Assembly: GCA_028023455.1 (NCBI GenBank)
Contig: JAQFVV010000009.1
Coordinates: 2,108,001 to 2,172,000, forward strand
Origin: Epiperipatus broadwayi
Lineage: Eukaryota > Animalia > Onychophora
DNA: 64,000 nt
Reading direction: 5' to 3'
Shown: positions 59,361 through 64,000 of the stretch, in pieces
Layout of the letters: each line of letters starts with the position of its first letter
Position numbering within the stretch: position 1 is the stretch's first letter
Notes under the pieces: model-generated
Told to the model about the DNA's origin: nothing
Databases searched by the model: none
Seen by the model: the letters and a program-made list of their open reading frames with translations, nothing else
Made by a program: the position numbers and the translations under genes

Positions 59361-62300
59361 ATTAAATTCCCCTGCTTAATCGCACTATTAATGATTAATT
59401 AAATTGCTATTTACCTAATTCTGGCAAATGTTCTTTAGTTCTGTGAACTCTTGAATTGCATATAAATTATAATGGGAGATCTGTTTAATCTCTAATCAGC
59501 TTGATTACCTTCAGAAGCTGAGATCTTGGGTCTGTTGAACAAATCCCCAGTATTCCTCCACTGCTTCACATATATGTGCAACCTAGTTGCACAAATTCAC
59601 AAGAAATGGAGAAAAAAGATCTTGCATTCCTTTCCCCCCCTGCTTCAATAGTTTTCTTTGTCTTTTGTTTTCTGGAGTAATATAACTTTTCATCTGTATC
59701 CGGGTGGAAGGTTTTTTATATTATCTATTAGGTTTTATTAAACATTAGTTCTTTCCAGAATTCAATTGTTAATCAGTTATTGACAATTGAATTCCTACGA
59801 AATCAGATTTTACTTTAGTTTTATTCTCATTATTCAATTAATGTTTAAATTTATATCCATTTTATTATTTAACTATTTTTATACAGTAGTTTTAGTAATA
59901 TAAATTTAAATGTACATTTTACTAGTAAATAATAGATATTCCAATCCTCCCCTTACTCCAGAAATTCTTTCATTTACACATAATTCTGTAAATTTTTGGT
60001 TTACATTTACTTCGCTAAGGCCTGGGTGATTTTTGCCTTTCCCTGGGTTCGATAAGTTTGTTTCAGCTTCACTATGATCTTGCAGCTGTAGATTCTCTTG
60101 GTTTTTCAGCATCTGGATTTATTTGTTCACATTCTCATTCTCTGATCTGTTTTTCCGATTTTTCAATGTCTGATATTATTGTCATTGGATATAGCATTTT
60201 CTCTATTGTTCGGTGATGAACATGGTTTATATGGCTCTTGAATTCTTTACCATTTCCATTTTCAATGGTTACTATTTGTCTGGATTGCCTTCCCGTAATT
60301 GTACCTTCGATCCATTTCTTTTGTAGCATATCGCATATCCATACTTTTTCACCAATTTGGAATGTTTTTTTTTTCACTCGTATGATGGACATGCTTGTCT
60401 TTTGATATTAACATGTCTAGTTTAATGCACAATTTTCTTTGCATCAGCAACTCCACTGGCAATTTTTCTGTAGTTGTTGATGCTGTTGAGTGTTGATATA
60501 GCATTGCTTCATATAAAACTTCTTGAATGCTGTGACTTGGAGATTTTCTTATTGTTTTTTTAATTGTTTGTACAGCCTTCTCCATGAGGCCGTTGGATTC
60601 TGGGTGATAGGGGGTGCACATATGTGTCTGATTTGTTGTTTTTCAAATATTCTTCCAATCTCTTGTGCTATAAATGTCATTGTCAGTGACCATTACTTCT
60701 GGTAATCCGTGGCATGAGAGAATTGCTTTTAATATTTTTATTATTTTATAAGCACTTGTATTTTTGACAATTGTCATTAATAGGATCCACATGGTCCATG
60801 TGGAGTCTCTGCCACAGTTTATTTGTCTTAGGCCAGGCTATATATTCCTTAAGTTTCATGTTGTTCTGTGATTGACACGCTGAACATTTTTTTATATAAT
60901 TTTCTATGTCGATTGTTATTCTTGGCTACCAGACATAACTATGTACTAAAGATTTTTTATGAACTATTCCAGGGTGGCCTTCATGTAACAAGTTTAATAC
61001 TTTATTTATTCCTTCTATTGATATAACTACCCTGTCTACCATTAATATACACCCTTTACTAAATGATAGATCATTTCTATTAGTCCAAAAAGCCAGTAAC
61101 ATGCATTGTGGCTTCTTTGTTGGCCAGCCATTTCTAATCCAGCTCATTAGCAGCTGGTATCCTATCTTGTTTTATCCATTTTTCACTATTTTACTGTTGA
61201 GAATCTCGGACTGCATAGAATCTATATAGTTAATCTCTATCTCATTTATCAGGGGTTCCCATCTGTCAGGGTTCCTGGATAATGGTGTCTGCTTACTGTA
61301 TCTCTTCCCTTCTTGTATACCAGCTGGTGGCCATATGGTGGTCAGGAGCTAGTCTATTGCTTGCCAATATACCTAGTAACAGCTTATGATTATTATGATT
61401 TGAAATGATCTGCCGTATATATATATATATAGGCAGAATTTCTTTAGTCCAAATATTATTGCCAAAGCCTCTTAATCTATCTGACTGTAGTTTTTCTTGG
61501 CTTTTGAGAGGGTTTTGGATGCATAGGCAATAGGCTGTTCTCCGTTATTGCATGGATGGCATAGAACCACCCCCACCCTGCATTCTGAGGCATCTGTGGT
61601 TAAAGTTACTTCTTGTTTATTGTCAAAATGGATCAATAATTTTTCTGATAACAGTAGGCCTTTGGTGTGTCTAAAAGTGTCATTATGGATTTTTAACTAC
61701 TGCACTTTTGATTCTTTTTAAGCAACTTGAAAAGGGGTTTTGCTACATTGGATTTATTCTGTAGGAATGGTTCGAAATAATCAATCAGGTTAAAAATGCC
61801 TGCAATTCTTTGACATTTCTTGGTTTTTCTGTCTTTTCTATGGTTTTCACTTTTTCGGGCAAAATGCACTTCTTTTTGTCAGAGGAGATTACATGTCCTA
61901 GAAAAACTAATTCTTTTGTGTTCCATACATTTTTTTTGGTGTTTAGTTTTACTCCAAAATTATTTAATTTTGTGCATACCCTAATCAATTTTTGATGTAA
62001 GCTTTTTTCCAAGTCCACTGTCACCCTCAAATCTCTGAAGTAGTGTATCAATTTTCACCTGAAATATATTTGGGCCTATTGATATGCTGAATGGCAATCT
62101 ATTGCACTTAAATAACCCAAAAGGTGTTGTGATCATTAATATTTTGGCAGTTTTCTGTCACTGGGATCTGGTGAAAAGCTTAATTTAAATCAAGCTTTGC
62201 AAAATATGATGCTTTTTGTAAACTCACCAGTAACTCTCTCACATTAAGTATCGGGTACACTCCCTTATTTAAAAACTTGTTCATGGTTACTCTATAGTTG

Positions 62301-63810
62301 CCGCATATGCATGTTTCCATTGGGTTTTGTAACTACGACTATAGATGTATCCCAGTCAGCCATTTCTACCGGTGTCTATATGTCTTCATTGACCAATGAC
62401 CACATTTTTTCTTCTACTTTTGTTCTTTGAGCAAATGGTATCTTTGCAGTTTTCAAATTGTGAGGTGTGCCTTGTCAACTAGTTCCACCTCTATCAGACT
62501 TGTATCTATCATCCCTAACTCATTGGTAAATAGGTCTCGATATTTATTTTTTAATTTCTCTTTCAAGGGAAATTTTTTTTTATTACACTAACTTAAATTT
62601 CAATTGCTTTAAACCAGTTCCTGCCTATTATAGGGCAGAATTTTCCTTATACTATGTATAACGGCAGTCTATTTATTTTATCACAACATCTAACCAGTGT
62701 CAGTATTTTCTCGTAAGTTTAATGCATTGCTGCTTACATCATGAGCTTTTACATTAGTTTCTTTTAAAGTTTTAATCTAAATTCCACTGCTGATAGTGCT
62801 CTTCAGTCTATGTCTGATATTATAGATATTCCCGAGCCACTATCTATTTCCATATTCATTTCCACAAATTTCCATTTCGATCATAAATTGTTGCTGCCCC
62901 TCCATACATATTTTTAAAAGAAAATTATTATTGGGTTTACCTCGCCTATTCTTTTGACCCCACTCTTTCTCTTGATTTGAATCATTATTAGATTTTCTAT
63001 ATACGCATGTGATGTGTCTCTTATACTCATATTTAAAACATTTCTCTCCACTTTCACTCTTTTGCTTTATGGTTATTTTTTCCGCAGCAATAATATGCCA
63101 TTTTAGTTCCCTTTTTAATTTCTGGTTTGTGCACATTACTATATTTTCTCTGTTTTATAAATCTGCGTATTTATACTATTTTTAGTTTTATTTTTAACAA
63201 CTCAAGTTTGCTCACTTATTAGCTCGTAAGCTATTCCTTTTTGGATCATGCTGTGGTACTTGAAGTCAGTATCAGTTAATAATTGTTCTTGCAATCTATC
63301 ACTGTACATATTCCAGAGTAAATGATCAAGGAATATTTCTTCGATATAGATTCCATACCCGCAACCCTTAGCTAGCTCTTTAAGGGCCAAATTATAATCT
63401 TTTATTGATTCCCCATTACACTGTTTTCTATTCCTCATTTTTAAATGAGTTATGTGACAGGATGGGTGAGGATTAAAATTCTCTGTTAGTTTCTTAATTA
63501 ACTCCTCATATTCAATACTATCAGTGGTGGGGGAATCGTAAAACTTATTAACAATTTCTATAACTTTTTTTTCTGAGAAACACAAAAGTGTCTGCCACTT
63601 TTCTTTTATTTCCTTGAATACCGTTCAACGTTCTCCACATCAAATTTATCTATGGGTCTTTGCCCAAATGACGACATTTAGACTGTTTACTATTACTATC
63701 CTTCACTAAATTAATTATTCTTCTAGTTATTCAAAATAACCGGTGCCAGGTTTTTACTAACCAGGTAGACTGATGAGGTTTGAATCAAACTGTGTGACTG
63801 CACCAGGTTT

Positions 63811-64000
63811 TGCTGTGTCTTGATCTTAACTTTATCTCATAGCAAGTGATTTCTAAAATTCCATTTCTCAAATAACTAAATAACCCCACTGTGGATCAAT
63901 TTTATAATTAATTTTAATACAAGACAATAATATTCTAATAATATATACATATATAGTTGCTATACATAGGTTCCTCATGATTAAAGTCCTATACATAGGT
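63811..64000 (-). repeat. 5' LTR of the Gypsy element (diverges or is cut near the window end)
   Basis: tgctgtgtcttgatcttaactttatc...taaccccactgtggatcaatttta matches the 59140 LTR; followed on the minus strand by AAACC-TGGTGCAGTCAC (PBS-like). Confidence 0.8.

Larger units (their letters stand above)
59140..64000 (-). mobile_element. Decayed near-full-length Ty3/Gypsy LTR retrotransposon (gag-PR-RT-RH-IN)
   Basis: gag YEELIKKL..NFNP...QCNGESIKDY..AL.ELAKGC (63202-63585); protease EIDSGSGISII (~62820-62850); RT AKLDLN*AFHQIP, TPFGLFKCNRLPF, FLGHVIS; RNase H TDASE, PIAYASKTLSKAKKNYSQID; integrase LLHEGHPGI, HPESNGLMEKAVQTIKK; the domain order is Gypsy-type; many stops and frameshifts. Confidence 0.95.

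Overview
Very AT-rich, CpG-depleted eukaryotic DNA, most likely from an arthropod and possibly a chelicerate (inferred from composition, intron size and TE content). The window lies inside one + strand host gene. Eight short exons (545 nt, 3409-55465), all missed by the ORF track, splice in frame into TM2-TM6 of a cyclic-AMP-receptor-like (CAR/GCR1-type) 7TM receptor; the first and last exons lie outside the window. The introns are filled with transposon material: (i) a young 5.6-kb non-autonomous LTR element (8651-14270, minus) with 1.6-kb LTRs, an ATAT TSD, a degenerate tRNA-Lys PBS and one intact orphan 220-aa ORF instead of gag-pol; (ii) a 2.3-kb solo-LTR-like insert (35937-38275, ATAC TSD) that splits a LINE RT; (iii) a decayed ~4.9-kb Ty3/Gypsy element (59140 to window end) and a Gypsy integrase remnant; (iv) RTE-type LINE, Tc1-like, MER30-like hAT and SINE remnants; (v) several long foldback elements; (vi) an unresolved 8-kb LTR-derived composite (42755-50934). 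No rRNA, tRNA gene or CRISPR array was found. I did not find an unambiguous new biological system. The best leads are the orphan-ORF LTR element and the orphan GPCR. All alignments were done by eye, so TE remnant boundaries are approximate.
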